NCBI GenBank assembly: GCA_963789955.1
Contig: CAWBMV010000010.1
Coordinates: forward strand, 1 to 63,975
Source: an uncultured Candidatus Rokubacteria bacterium
Lineage (GTDB): Bacteria; Methylomirabilota; Methylomirabilia; Rokubacteriales; CSP1-6
Reading direction: 5' to 3'
DNA length: 63,975 nt
The notes beneath the pieces are model-generated. The model had not been told where the DNA came from, did no database searches, and saw nothing but the letters and a program-made list of their open reading frames with translations. Numbering within the stretch: the first letter of the stretch is position 1; every line of letters starts with the position of its first letter. Both the position numbers and the translations under genes were made by a program. Of this stretch, positions 1 through 10,218 are shown one piece after another.

Positions 1-617
1 CTGACGGTGGTGGCTCGCTCACGAGCCGGGCCGAGGAGGCGCTGCGGCGGGTGAAAGTCGCAGCGCCCGAGCAGCGGATGCGCGCCTACCCGCATCAGTT
101 GAGCGGCGGCATGAAGCAGCGAGTCGTCGGCGCGATCGCGGTGGCCGGCGAGCCGAGCGTGCTGATCGCCGACGAGCCCACGACCGCTCTCGACGTCACG
201 ATCCAGCTGCAGTACCTGGCGCTGCTGAAGGAGATCCAGGCGCGCACCCGCCTCGCCATGCTGTTCATCACGCACGACTTCGGGATCGTCGCGCGCATGT
301 GCGACCGGGTCGCGGTGATGTACGCCGGGCGGATCGTCGAGATAGGGCCGACGCGCGCGCTCTTCCGGGCGCCACGGCATCCCTACACGGAGGCGCTGAT
401 GGCGTCGGTGCCGCGCATGGAGGGCACCGTCGCGCGATTACCCTCGATCGAGGGCCAGCCGCCACCGCTGCACGATCTCCCGGGCGGCTGTCGCTTCGCG
501 GACCGCTGCGCGTACGTGGACGACCGTTGCCGCCGCGAGTACCCTCCAACCATGCTCGTCGGACCGGCGCACGAGGCTGCGTGCTGGAGGATCGAGCCAT
601 CGCCGCCGAGCCGCTGA
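1..617 (+). CDS. Oligopeptide/dipeptide ABC transporter ATP-binding subunit (OppD/DppD-like), 5' partial
   Basis: YPHQLSGGMKQRV signature, LIADEPTTALD Walker B, ITHD, HPYT and C-terminal Cys-rich GCRFADRC motif. Confidence 0.9.
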   Translation, partial: DGGGSLTSRAEEALRRVKVAAPEQRMRAYPHQLSGGMKQRVVGAIAVAGEPSVLIADEPTTALDVTIQLQYLALLKEIQARTRLAMLFITHDFGIVARMCDRVAVMYAGRIVEIGPTRALFRAPRHPYTEALMASVPRMEGTVARLPSIEGQPPPLHDLPGGCRFADRCAYVDDRCRREYPPTMLVGPAHEAACWRIEPSPPSR

Positions 618-1571
618 TCCGCGCCGAGGGCCTCACGAAGCATTTTCCCGTCACCCGCGGGTTGCTCGCCGGACGCACCACGGGGCACGTGAAGGCCGTC
701 GACGGGATCAGCTTCACGATCGGACACCAGGAGACGCTCGGCTTGGTCGGCGAGTCCGGCTGCGGCAAGACGACGACCTCGCGTCTGCTGCTCCGGCTCG
801 AGCAGCCGACCGCCGGCCGCGTCCTTCTCGACGGCCGCGACGTCCACGCGCTTCGCGGCGGGGATCTGAGCCGCTATCACACGCGGGTCCAGGCCGTCTT
901 CCAGGACCCGTGGTCGTCTCTGAATCCGCGGCTTCGCGTCCGCGAGACGATCGCCGAGGCGCTCGTGGTGAATCGCCGCGTCACCCGTCGCGGCAAGCTC
1001 GAGCGCGTCGAGGAGGTCCTGCACCAGGTCGGCCTGCCGCTGAGCGCGGCCGCGCGCTATCCGCACGAGTTCAGCGGCGGCCAGCGACAGCGGATCGCGC
1101 TGGCGAGCGCCCTGGCGGCCTCGCCCGAGCTGATCGTCCTGGACGAGCCGGTGTCGGCTCTGGATGTGTCGATCCGCGCCCAGATCATGAACCTGTTGAA
1201 AGACTTGCAGGCGAGGCAGCAGCTGAGCTTCTTGCTGGTTGCGCACAATCTGGCGACGGTGCGCTACATCGCCCACCGCACGGCCGTGATGTACCTCGGG
1301 CGGATCGTCGAGCACGCCGACACGGAGTCGCTCTACCGGAACCCGCTGCATCCATATACGAAGGCGCTTTTCTCGGCCGCGTTGCCGGCGGACCCCGACG
1401 CGCCCCGCGACGACTTCATCCTGAGCGGCGAGGTGCCGTCGCCGATCGATCCGCCCTCGGGGTGCCACTTCCATCCGCGCTGCCCGTTCGCGATGGAGCA
1501 GTGCTCGCGGATCGAGCCGCGCGCTCAAGACGGTTGCGCCCGGCCACGTCGTCGGCTGCCACTTGTACTGA
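581..1571 (+). CDS. Oligopeptide/dipeptide ABC transporter ATP-binding subunit (OppF/DppF-like); frameshift near 3' end
   Basis: GESGCGKTT Walker A, YPHEFSGGQRQR, LDEPVSALD, GCHFHPRC; canonical CHLY* end at 1571 in another frame; start approximate. Confidence 0.88.
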
Positions 1572-1584
1572 GTGACCCGCGTCT

Positions 1585-2091
1585 CTACTCTGCGCGGCGG
1601 CGCCGACGATGGTCCGGCCGGTTTGACACGAGCGATGCAGGCGCGGGCGGTTGGGTCGTCGCCGCCAACGCCTTGATGAGATCTCCGCGACTCACGATGC
1701 CGACGAGCTGACCGTCGCGCACGACAGGAAGCCGCCGGATCTGGCGATTGTCGAGGATCGCGGCGGCGGTCTCGATCCCGAAAACGGGACTGATGACGAG
1801 GGCGGGCCGCGTCATCACCGCGCCCACAGTCAGCCCCACGCGCTTCTGGTAGTCACGGGCAAGCCGTTCTCCGTTGTCGAAGAACGAGCGCCACCACGGC
1901 CTGAGGCTCGGCCGTTTCTGGCGCAGGATCAGGTCACCATCGCTGATCATCCCGACGACACGGCCGCTCGCGTCGACCACCGGCAACCCACTGATGCGGT
2001 GGACGATCATCAGCCGCGCGGCTTCTTGAACCCGCGTCTCCGGATGCACCGTAACCACGTGGCGGGTCATGACGTCTTCGATGGTCGCCAT
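1585..2091 (-). CDS. CBS domain pair protein
   Basis: IEDVMT..ISGLPVVD..VGMISDGDL and IRRLPVV..VGIVSRGDL. Confidence 0.85.
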   Translation of the reverse strand: MATIEDVMTRHVVTVHPETRVQEAARLMIVHRISGLPVVDASGRVVGMISDGDLILRQKRPSLRPWWRSFFDNGERLARDYQKRVGLTVGAVMTRPALVISPVFGIETAAAILDNRQIRRLPVVRDGQLVGIVSRGDLIKALAATTQPPAPASLVSNRPDHRRRRRAE

Positions 2092-2152
2092 GGCCGAGTT
2101 CGATCGCGGCATCTCCGTTGTCCCTCCGATGAGGTGGCGCACGACCGCCACG

Positions 2153-2168
2153 CGCTCTTCCCGTGCCA
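2153..2168 (-). promoter_or_regulatory. Weak sigma-54-type promoter
   Basis: TGGCACGGGAAGAGCG: strong -24, correct GG-N10-GC spacing, degenerate -12; upstream of CBS gene. Confidence 0.4.
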
Positions 2169-2259
2169 ACCATAGAGTATGCGGTATGACGTGCATGCGG
2201 CACGACGGCGAGTGGCTGTGCGAGCGCGGACTGCTATGCTCGGCGAGGTGGCACCTGCG

Positions 2260-3060
2260 ATGACGCTGGCGAAATGGCTCGGCACGGTCGGAGTGCTGAT
2301 GTCCGGATTGACGACGGCGCCGGCCTGGGCGCAGGGCAATTTCGAGATCCAGGTCTACGGCAGCGAGCTGACCGCTCCCGGTCAGACGACGGTCGAGCTC
2401 CACACGAATTCGGCGATCAAAGGCACCACACACACTGAGGACGGCGTCGTGCGCACCCAGGGCGCGGTGCACGAGACGCTGGAGGTCACGTACGGCTTCA
2501 CGGAGTGGTTCGAGACCGGGTTCTATCTCTTCACGAGCATCCAGCCGGATTCGGGCTGGGAGTGGGTCGGCGATCACATCCGGCCGCGCGCCCGCATCCC
2601 GGAATCATGGCACTGGCCGGTCGGCGTGAGTCTGTCCATGGAGTTCGGCTACCAGCAGCGCGACTTCTCGACGGACACGTGGACGTTGGAGATCAGGCCG
2701 ATCGTCGACCAGAAGATCGGTCGCTGGTACTGGGCCTTCAATCCCGCCGTCGAGACGTCGCTGAAGGGCGAGAACGCCGGGAAGGGCTTCGACTTCACGC
2801 CGGCCGCGAAAGTCAGTTACGACGTCACGTCACGCATCGCCGCGGGCCTCGAGTACTACGGCGACCTCGGCCAGATCTCGCATATCGATCCGCCGAGCAA
2901 GCAGCAGCACATGATCTTCCCGGTGCTCGACATCGATCTGGGACCGCGCTGGGAGCTCAACGTCGGGGTCGGCGTAGGGCTCACGCCCGCCACGGACCGA
3001 CTCATCGTCAAGGTGATCCTGGGCTACCGGTTCGGCCCGATGCCGGAGCCGACCCGGTAG
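2260..3060 (+). CDS. Exported protein, probable outer-membrane beta-barrel
   Basis: Signal peptide ending AWA-Q, alternating amphipathic Trp/Tyr/Gly-rich strands, near-terminal GYRF; GAGGTG RBS. Confidence 0.6.
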   Translation: MTLAKWLGTVGVLMSGLTTAPAWAQGNFEIQVYGSELTAPGQTTVELHTNSAIKGTTHTEDGVVRTQGAVHETLEVTYGFTEWFETGFYLFTSIQPDSGWEWVGDHIRPRARIPESWHWPVGVSLSMEFGYQQRDFSTDTWTLEIRPIVDQKIGRWYWAFNPAVETSLKGENAGKGFDFTPAAKVSYDVTSRIAAGLEYYGDLGQISHIDPPSKQQHMIFPVLDIDLGPRWELNVGVGVGLTPATDRLIVKVILGYRFGPMPEPTR

Positions 3061-3067
3061 CCTCCGC

Positions 3068-4381
3068 CTAGCGCGTCGATCGGTCGATCGGAGCCGCGCA
3101 GGTTCCGCCACTTCCAGGGATGGGGGCGGCACACGTTGCGGCGCCGATCGGGGCCGCGCACGTCCCACCGTCCGAACCCCCGCGGTTGTACGGCAGCTTC
3201 GCCAGCAGCATCGCCATGCCGCATCGATCGGTGACCCCGGCGTAGACGAGGCCGGCGCCCACGAACGCCGGCAGCAGGCCGAACCACGGGCTGAGGGTGA
3301 CCGCCAGCGCGCCGCCGGCACACGCCATCGCGCCCGCCAGGATCCGGACTTGACGCTCGAGGCTCATGTGCGCCTTGCCGATGACGACCGGGTGTCCCGC
3401 CTCTTGCCAGGCGGCGATTCCGCCCTCGAGGACTCGCGCGCGAAGGTCGGTCAGCTGCTCCGCCGCCAGTCGAGCGCGGGCGCCGGTCCGACAGACGAGC
3501 ACCAGATCGCGATCGCGCGGCAGCTCGGCGCGCCGGCGGCCGATCTCGTCCAGCGGCAGCGAGAGGCTCGGATCCAGGTGCACGGAGCGATATTCCGCCG
3601 GCATGCGCACGTCCACCACGAGTGGCGCGTGCGGACCGGCGAGCGCCCGACCGAGCTCCTCGACCGTGATCCGCGGCGACGGCCTGACGCCGTGGACGTT
3701 TGCGGCGACGATCGCGTCCATGTTGGCGGGCTTCGCCTGCCGTCCGGCGCGCAGGGCCGAGACGAATCTCGTTGCGATCAGCGATCTGGAGCAGGGGATT
3801 CGTCTGCCGCTCCTGCGCCAGGGTCGAGTGGGTGCGTCCGGCGTAGTCGTGGCCCGGATAGACGGTGAGATCGCCGGACAGGAGAGCGAAGCGTCTGTGC
3901 AGCGTCTCGTAGAGGGCTTCCGGGACTGCCGTTCTGGAAATCGGTGCGTCCGGCGCCGCCGATGAGCAGCGCGTCGCCGGTGAGGATCGCACCGTTGACG
4001 AGCAGGCTCACGGAATCGTCGGTGTGTCCCGGGCTCGCGATGACCTCGATCGTGTGGCTGCCCAGGGTCAACCGATCGCCGTCCCGCAGCCGTCGCGTCG
4101 CGACGTCGGACTTCGCCCGCTCAGAAAGGAGGATCTCGGCCCCGGTGCGCGCGCGCAGCTCCGCGGCGCCCGACAGGTGGTCGGCATGCGTATGGGTCTC
4201 GATCACGAAACGCAGCCGCAGCCCGCGCTCCTCGAGCTCACGCAGGTACGCGGCCACGCGGTCGGCCCGGGGATCGACCAGCGCGGCCTCGTGCGTGGCC
4301 GTATCCTCGATGAGGTACGCGAAGCAATTCTCGGCGCGCATCTGGTGCACACCGACAGCGACGGTCGTTGATTTCGGTCAT
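3068..4381 (-). CDS. Persulfide dioxygenase (ETHE1-like MBL fold)-rhodanese-DUF2892 fusion; frameshifted
   Basis: HTHADH, PGHT, TGDAL, YPGHDY in MBL part; VCRTGAR rhodanese loop; LERQVR..DRCGMA DUF2892-type membrane part; AGGAGG RBS. Confidence 0.8.
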
Positions 4382-4410
4382 GGTTGCCTCCTTGTTGCTG
4401 TCAGTTGTAG

Positions 4411-4426
4411 AGCAAGCGGCCTGCCA
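4411..4426 (-). promoter_or_regulatory. sigma-54 promoter
   Basis: TGGCAGGCCGCTTGCT, 30 bp upstream of ATG 4381. Confidence 0.75.
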
Positions 4427-4471
4427 TGTCCGCGACGCCTTTCGGATCGCGGGCTTGCGACTACTTCGGGG

Positions 4472-4509
4472 TGGGGTATTGACGCTCTCGGTGAGGCGGC
4501 TTCGCCTCG
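4472..4509. promoter_or_regulatory. Tandem putative enhancer (UAS) sites
   Basis: TGGGGT-N6-GCTCTC and TGAGGC-N6-GCCTCG, 20-bp period. Confidence 0.55.
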
Positions 4510-4533
4510 CTACGCGACCCCAGGACTCGTCGC

Positions 4534-4978
4534 TCACCGCCCGCGCACGGTCAGGACAGGACACGACGCCAGGCTCACGACTCGGGTCGCGACACTTCCC
4601 AGCAGGACGCGTTCGATGCCGCTCCGGCCATGCGTTCCGATGACGATCATCGACGCGCGTCGCGATCGGGCCGCCCGCGTGATCGTCCCGGCCTCCGAGC
4701 CTTCCATGAGGAGGGCGGTCGCCCGGGCGCCCGCGGCCCTGGCCCGGGCCGTCCATCGCGCCAGCTGTTTCAGCGCCGCAGGCTCGCGAGGCTTGTCGCA
4801 GCTGTGCGTAGGTCGGTGGATCGATGGCGCGGTCGCCGATCATCGGGACCATCGGGTTCAGGACGTGCAGCACCAGGAGCTCGCTCCTGCTTCCTTTCGC
4901 CAGCTCGATCGCCTTGGCGAACGCGGGCCGGGACGCGGACGAGAAGTCGGTCGCGTGGAGGATCGGGCGCTTGGCCAT
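4534..4978 (-). CDS. Universal stress protein; frameshifted
   Basis: ILHATDFSSAS N-terminus; C-terminal CPVLTVR in shifted frame. Confidence 0.85.
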
Positions 4979-4991
4979 TGATGAGCTCTCC

Positions 4992-6174
4992 TCAAATCAC
5001 CTTGTGGGCACGGCCGATTCGCACGAACGCGGCGACGGCCTGCTCGAGATGCGCCGGCTCGTGCGCGGCGCTGATCTGCACGCGGATGCGCGCCGCGTCT
5101 TTCGGGACCACTGGAAAGGAAAAGCCGACCACGTAGATCCCCTCCCGCAGGAGGTCGGCCGCCATCTGGTGCGCGAGCCTGGCGTCGCCCAGCATGATCG
5201 GAACGATCGGATGCTCGCCGGCCCTGATGCTGAAGCCGGCCTCGCTCATGGCGCGGCGAAACCACCGGGTATTCTCCGCGAGCCGCTCGCGGAGAGTGGT
5301 GGTTTCGGACAGCGTCTCCAGGCAGGCCAGCGCCGCGGAGACCAGCGCGGGCGGCAGCGAGTTCGAGAAGAGGTAGGGACGCGAGCGCTGGCGCAACAGC
5401 GCCACGACCTCCCGGCGGCTCGCGGTGAAACCCCCGCTGGCCCCGCCCAGCGCCTTGCCGAGCGTCGAGGTGATGATGTCGACTCGACCGGCGACGCCGC
5501 AATACTCGGGTGTGCCGCGGCCGGTCGGTCCGAAGAACCCGGTGGCGTGACTGTCGTCGACGACGACCAGCGCAGCGTGGCGGTCGGCCAGGTCACAGAT
5601 CGCGGCGAAGCGGGGCCACGTCGCCGTCCATCGAGAAGACGCCATCGGTCACGATCAGACGCGTCCGCGCGCTCCGGGTCTCGGCGAGGACGCGCTCCAG
5701 GTCGGCCATGTCCGCGTGCGCGTAGCGCTGCCGCTGCGCCCGGCAGAGGCGGATGCCGTCGATGATCGAGGCGTGGTTGAGCGCGTCGGAGATGACGACG
5801 TCGTCTTCGTCGAGGAGCGTCTCGAAGAGTCCGCCGTTGGCGTCGAAGCACGACGTGTAGAGGATCGCGTCCTCGACGCCCAGGAAGCGGGCGATCGCCG
5901 CCTCGAGCTGCCGGTGGATGCTCTGGGTTCCGCAGATGAACCGTACGCTCGCCATACCGAAGCCCCAGCGCGCGAGACCATCCTGCGCGGCGCGGATCAG
6001 GCGAGGATCGTCGGCCAGACCGAGGTAGTTGTTGGCGCAGAAGTTCAGCACTTCACGGCCGCCCACCGCGATGCGCGCCGATTGAGGGCTCTCGATGACG
6101 CGCTCGTCCTTCCACAGGCCGGCGTTGCGGATCTCGTCGATCTCTGCCTGGAGCCGCTGCGCGATTGCGTACAT
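4992..6174 (-). CDS. kbl: Glycine C-acetyltransferase (2-amino-3-ketobutyrate CoA ligase); frameshift ~5610
   Basis: [60 protein letters not shown]. Confidence 0.92.
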
Positions 6175-6216
6175 GAGCTCTCTCCCGGGGCGGACGGTGT
6201 CGCCCCCGACGCCCGC

Positions 6217-7242
6217 TCAACCTGGCAGGTCGCGGCGCCTCACATTGGGTAACAGGTATTCGTCGAAGGCGCGGCCCAGGTCGTAGGCGGGCGCGAAGCC
6301 CCAGTCGCGTCTGGCGCGCGTGTCGTCGACGTCCTCGGGCCACGAGTCCACGATGGCCTGCCGGCGCCGATCGGGCGCGAACGTGATCGGCACGCCCGGG
6401 AAAGCCTTACGGACGAGATCGGCCAGCTCGCCGGCGGTCGGGCTGAAGGCCGAGACGTTGTAGACCGAGGAGGTCAGCGCGTCGGAGGGCGCGTGCAGCA
6501 GATCGAGGAGCGCGCTGATCGCGTCCGGCATGACCATGAGCGGGATCCGCGTGTCCTCGCGCACGAAGCACGCGTAGGGCCGCTGCCTCGACGCGGCGTG
6601 GAGCATCTCCGGCGCGTAGTCGCTGGTGCCCCCGCTCGGCGTCGTGAACGCCGAGATCAGGCCGGGAAAGCGAATCGCCCGAAAATCGACGCCCGCCGGC
6701 TGGCTCTGCGGGGCGAGCTGCCGGTAGTGACGGGCGAAATAGCGGCCGAGGTGCTCGCAGTAGAGCTTGCCGCAGCCGTACATGGTGATCGGCGCCAGGC
6801 CCACGTCCTCGGCGACCTTGCCCGCCGCGCGCTTCGCCGAAGGACCCGCAAACCCGTAGACCGCGATCGAGCTCGGGAAGAGGAACTTGACGGGACGCCC
6901 GATCGATCGCGCCTCCTCGACCGCCAGATGGAGGAGGTTCAGCGTGCCCTGCACGTTGACCTCGTGGGCCGTCTCGGGGACGAATTCCGCGCGAGTCGAC
7001 AGGATCGCCGCGAGGTGGAAGACGACGGAGATCTCGAATTCGCCCATCACCCGCTCGAGCAGATGGCGGTCGAGCACGTCGCCCACCACGGTCGTCGCGC
7101 AGCGTCGCGCGAGCTCGGGATCGAGCGGCCTGGCGTCGACGGCCAGGACGTCGAAGGTGCCGAGGTCGGCGAGGCGATGGATCAACCCGTGTCCGATCTC
7201 GCCGTTTGCGCCGGTGACGAGGACCACGGGCTTGCGTGCCAT
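6217..7242 (-). CDS. SDR/GalE-like L-threonine 3-dehydrogenase
   Basis: TGANGEIG, HLAAILS, PSSIAVYG, YGCGK, RFPGLIS, GGTSDYA, SWP; directly upstream of kbl. Confidence 0.8.
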   Translation of the reverse strand: MARKPVVLVTGANGEIGHGLIHRLADLGTFDVLAVDARPLDPELARRCATTVVGDVLDRHLLERVMGEFEISVVFHLAAILSTRAEFVPETAHEVNVQGTLNLLHLAVEEARSIGRPVKFLFPSSIAVYGFAGPSAKRAAGKVAEDVGLAPITMYGCGKLYCEHLGRYFARHYRQLAPQSQPAGVDFRAIRFPGLISAFTTPSGGTSDYAPEMLHAASRQRPYACFVREDTRIPLMVMPDAISALLDLLHAPSDALTSSVYNVSAFSPTAGELADLVRKAFPGVPITFAPDRRRQAIVDSWPEDVDDTRARRDWGFAPAYDLGRAFDEYLLPNVRRRDLPG

Positions 7243-7407
7243 CTCAGCCAGCAGCGTAGTACCGGCGAGTACCGGCTGGCAACGAATGCGTGCGGACCCG
7301 CGCTGCGCGTGGAGCTGCGGCAGGTCCTCACGGGTCGAGCACAAGATTCGCGAGTTTCTCGCAGTTTGTCGTATCGTACGGGCGATGCACGATTCCTGAG
7401 TCACACC

Positions 7408-7521
7408 ATGCACGCCCACAAGCTCGGGCTCGTACTGACGGCCTTCATCGGAGGCTGGCACCTCGTCTGGCGTGGCGCGGCGCGGATGACCGTCGGCACG
7501 AACCGAGTCTCGATCCTCTGA
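7408..7521 (+). pseudogene. Short ORF, possible stub of a small membrane protein
   Basis: MHAHKLGLVLTAFIGGWHLVW hydrophobic start; stop overlaps next ATG. Confidence 0.25.
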
Positions 7522-7787
7522 TGGCGAAGACGCGCGGTCTCGCGAGCGAGTTTCGCCGACGGCTCGCCGCGGCTCGGCGATATCTCTTGCGGGCGGTAAC
7601 CACCGGCAGCCGTCCGCAGGGGAAGCGAGCGCTCCGCGAGCTCGCCGCGGCCGAGGCACGGATCGATGCCGGCATCTACGGGTTGTGCGAATCGTGCAGC
7701 CGACCGATCTCGCTCGCGCGACTCCGGGTTTCGCCCACGACGCGACGATGCACGCGGTGCGCCGGCGCCCGGCGGCGGCGCTCGTGA
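7521..7787 (+). CDS. TraR/DksA C4-type zinc-finger protein (short)
   Basis: AEARIDAGIYGLCESCSRPISLARL...CTRC. Confidence 0.75.
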   Translation: MAKTRGLASEFRRRLAAARRYLLRAVTTGSRPQGKRALRELAAAEARIDAGIYGLCESCSRPISLARLRVSPTTRRCTRCAGARRRRS

Positions 7788-8674
7788 ACGTTCCGGTCAG
7801 GGGCGACGACGACAGGAGCTCGTCGCTCGACGCGCTGCTGCCGCCGGCGATGGCGCATCGAGCCGAGCAGATCGGCGTCCGCAAGGTGGCGATGGCGCCG
7901 ATGCGCACGCTGGCGCTGGCCGTCCTCGCCGGCGCGTTCATCGCGCTGGGCGGCGCCTTTGCGACCACTGCGGCGGCCGGCGCCGGGGCCGCGCCATGGG
8001 GACTCGTACGTGTCGTCGTGGGCGTGGTCTTCAGCCTCGGACTGATCCTCGTTCTGGTCGGCGGCGCCGAGCTCTTCACGGGCAACAACCTCATCGTCAT
8101 GGCGTGGGCGAGTGGACGCGTCGGCACCGCCGCCCTCTTGCGCAACTGGACGATCGTGTTCGCCGGTAACGCGCTGGGCGCGATCGCCACGGCGGCCGTG
8201 ATCTGCGTGGCGGGCGTACACCGCTTCGGCGGCGGCGCGTGGGGCTCCACGGCGCTCGCGATCGCGTCGGCGAAGCTCGGGCTGGGGTTCGTCCAGGCCG
8301 TCGCGCTCGGAGTGCTGTGCAACGCCCTGGTGTGCCTGGCCGTCTGGCTGACCTACAGCGCGCGCACCACCACCGATCGCATCCTGGCGATCGTGCCGCC
8401 GATCAGCGCATTCGTCGCGATCGGATTCGAGCACTCGATCGCCAACCTCTACTTCGTGCCGCTGGGAATCTTCGTCGCCGTCTTCGATCCGACGTTCGTC
8501 GCGGCGCGCGGTCTCGCGGGGCAGGCCGATTCACTCACGTGGACGGACTTCGTGCTGCGAAACCTCGTCCCGGTGACGCTCGGCAACATCCTGGGCGGAT
8601 CGTTGCTGGTGGGCGCCGTCTACTGGTTCGTCTACCTCGGCCGAGCCCGAGCGCGAGGGCAGCTCGTAGGCTAG
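7784..8674 (+). CDS. focA: Formate/nitrite transporter (FocA-like)
   Basis: LAGAFIALG, FSLGL, GAELFTGN, GNALG, LCNALVCLAVW, FEHSIAN, VTLGNILGG. Confidence 0.88.
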   Translation: MNVPVRGDDDRSSSLDALLPPAMAHRAEQIGVRKVAMAPMRTLALAVLAGAFIALGGAFATTAAAGAGAAPWGLVRVVVGVVFSLGLILVLVGGAELFTGNNLIVMAWASGRVGTAALLRNWTIVFAGNALGAIATAAVICVAGVHRFGGGAWGSTALAIASAKLGLGFVQAVALGVLCNALVCLAVWLTYSARTTTDRILAIVPPISAFVAIGFEHSIANLYFVPLGIFVAVFDPTFVAARGLAGQADSLTWTDFVLRNLVPVTLGNILGGSLLVGAVYWFVYLGRARARGQLVG

Positions 8675-9114
8675 GCGCGCACCGTCAGCACGGGACACCG
8701 GGCGGCCGCGAGAACTCGCGACGCCACGCTCCCCAGGAGCGCCCTCGTCAGGCCGCTGCGACCGTGGGTGCCGATCACGATCAGGTCGGCCCGTCTCGCG
8801 CGCGCGAACCGCACGATCCGCTCGTGCGTCACCCCGATGTCGAGCACCACGCCCGAGGCGCGCACGCCGGCCGCTTTCGCCGTCGCGACCAGGCGAGCGA
8901 GCTGGCGCCGAGCTGTGATCTGCTGGCCGCGCTCGAGATCGTCCCAGACCGTCGGCGCCACGTAGCTGTCGGGGATCACCGGCAGCATCGACAGGACGTG
9001 AACGACGAAGAGCTGAGCGCGGTGGCTCTTCGCGAGCTCGATAGCCTTCCGGAACGCGGGTCGAGAGGCCGGGGAGAAATCCGAAGGATGGACGATCCGC
9101 CGAAATGTGCGCAT
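8671..9114 (-). CDS. Universal stress protein
   Basis: IVHPSDFS, DLIVIGTHGRSG, LLGSVA, CPVLTV. Confidence 0.92.
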   Translation of the reverse strand: MRTFRRIVHPSDFSPASRPAFRKAIELAKSHRAQLFVVHVLSMLPVIPDSYVAPTVWDDLERGQQITARRQLARLVATAKAAGVRASGVVLDIGVTHERIVRFARARRADLIVIGTHGRSGLTRALLGSVASRVLAAARCPVLTVRA

Positions 9115-9158
9115 GCGCTATAGCTCCCTTTGGTCAAGCGTGCCCCGAGCATACCGCG

Positions 9159-9942
9159 TCACCGCTCGCCGAGATACCAGCGCGGTTTGGCCTGCGGGCC
9201 GTAGGTGAGGCCGAAGCGGCGCATCGCGGTGTCCGCCACGGACCGAGCGACCTCCACGGGCGAGTCGGTGACGACCAGACGCTCGACGTCCTCCGTGCCG
9301 ATCGTTCCGGCCGCGAGCGGGCGTGACCGCAGGAACTCGACGAGCGGCTCCCAGAAGTCGTGGCCGACGAGGACGATCGGGAACTCCCTGATCTTGCCGG
9401 TCTGAACGAGCGTCGCCGTCTCGAAGATCTCGTCGAGCGTGCCGAATCCGCCGGGCAACGCGACGAAGGCATACGAGTACTTGACGAGCATGACCTTGCG
9501 CACGAAGAAGTGATGGAAGGTGATCCAGCGGTCGAGGTAGCTGGTTCGGCTTCTGCTCCTCCGGCAGCTCGATATTGCAACCGACCGAGCGTCCGCCGAC
9601 CTCCTTGGCGCCGCGGTTGGCGGCCTCCATGATCCCGGGGCCGCCGCCGGTCATCACCGTGAAGCCGGCGCGCGCGAGCTCCCGCCCCACCTCGCGGCCG
9701 AGCGCGTAGTACGGGTGATCCTCCTTGAAGCGCGCCGAGCCGAAGACCGTCACGCACGGACCGACGAAGTGAAGGGCGCGGAAGCCGCGAATGAACTCGA
9801 CCATGATGCGCAGGGCTCGGACGAGCTCCGTGCGGCGCGGCTGCGGGCCCTGCAGGAAGCGCCGGACCTCGGGCGAGGCCCCGTGTCCCCAGGTGTCTGG
9901 GGCGGGCGGCGGTGTCTTCACCGGCACGTCGAGCCTCTGCAC
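9159..9942 (-). CDS. LOG-family (TIGR00730) nucleotide phosphoribohydrolase; frameshift ~9540
   Basis: TVFGSAR, TGGGPGIMEAANRGA, RKVMLVKYS, PGGFGTLDE. Confidence 0.88.
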
Positions 9943-9966
9943 ACGGAGAGTTTACGCGAGTCCGCC

Positions 9967-10004
9967 CCGGGAACCTCCGCCTCAAGTGGGACACCCGCGC
10001 CCCA
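9967..10004. promoter_or_regulatory. Tandem putative enhancer (UAS) sites
   Basis: CCGGGA-N6-GCCTCA and TGGGAC-N6-GCCCCA, 20-bp period. Confidence 0.6.
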
Positions 10005-10068
10005 GCGGCGCGCCGCCGCCACGGTTGGAAACCATCGAAAAATCGCGCAGTCCGACGAGGCGCAGGGA

Positions 10069-10084
10069 TGGCACTTCGGTTGCT
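10069..10084 (+). promoter_or_regulatory. sigma-54 promoter of hsp20-CBS-CBS-groEL-ABC unit
   Basis: TGGCACTTCGGTTGCT, consensus match. Confidence 0.8.
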
Positions 10085-10218
10085 CACTCGAGCTGCCGAC
10101 GATCACGCCGGGGGAGGAGGTGTCTGGCGTACGAGGTGTGGCGTTGCCCGGTGGCGACGCGTGATCGCGCGGAGGCTGAGTGACCGAGAGGAAATCACAA
10201 GAATCAGGAGGAAGAATC

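Noticed and set aside
7277..7292. TGGCAACGAATGC as a sigma-54 promoter
   Set aside because: GG-to-GC spacing is not 10 nt
6217..8322. 701-aa ORF as an extended dehydrogenase fusion
   Set aside because: The first ~360 codons are antisense to focA/dksA; the real gene begins at 7242
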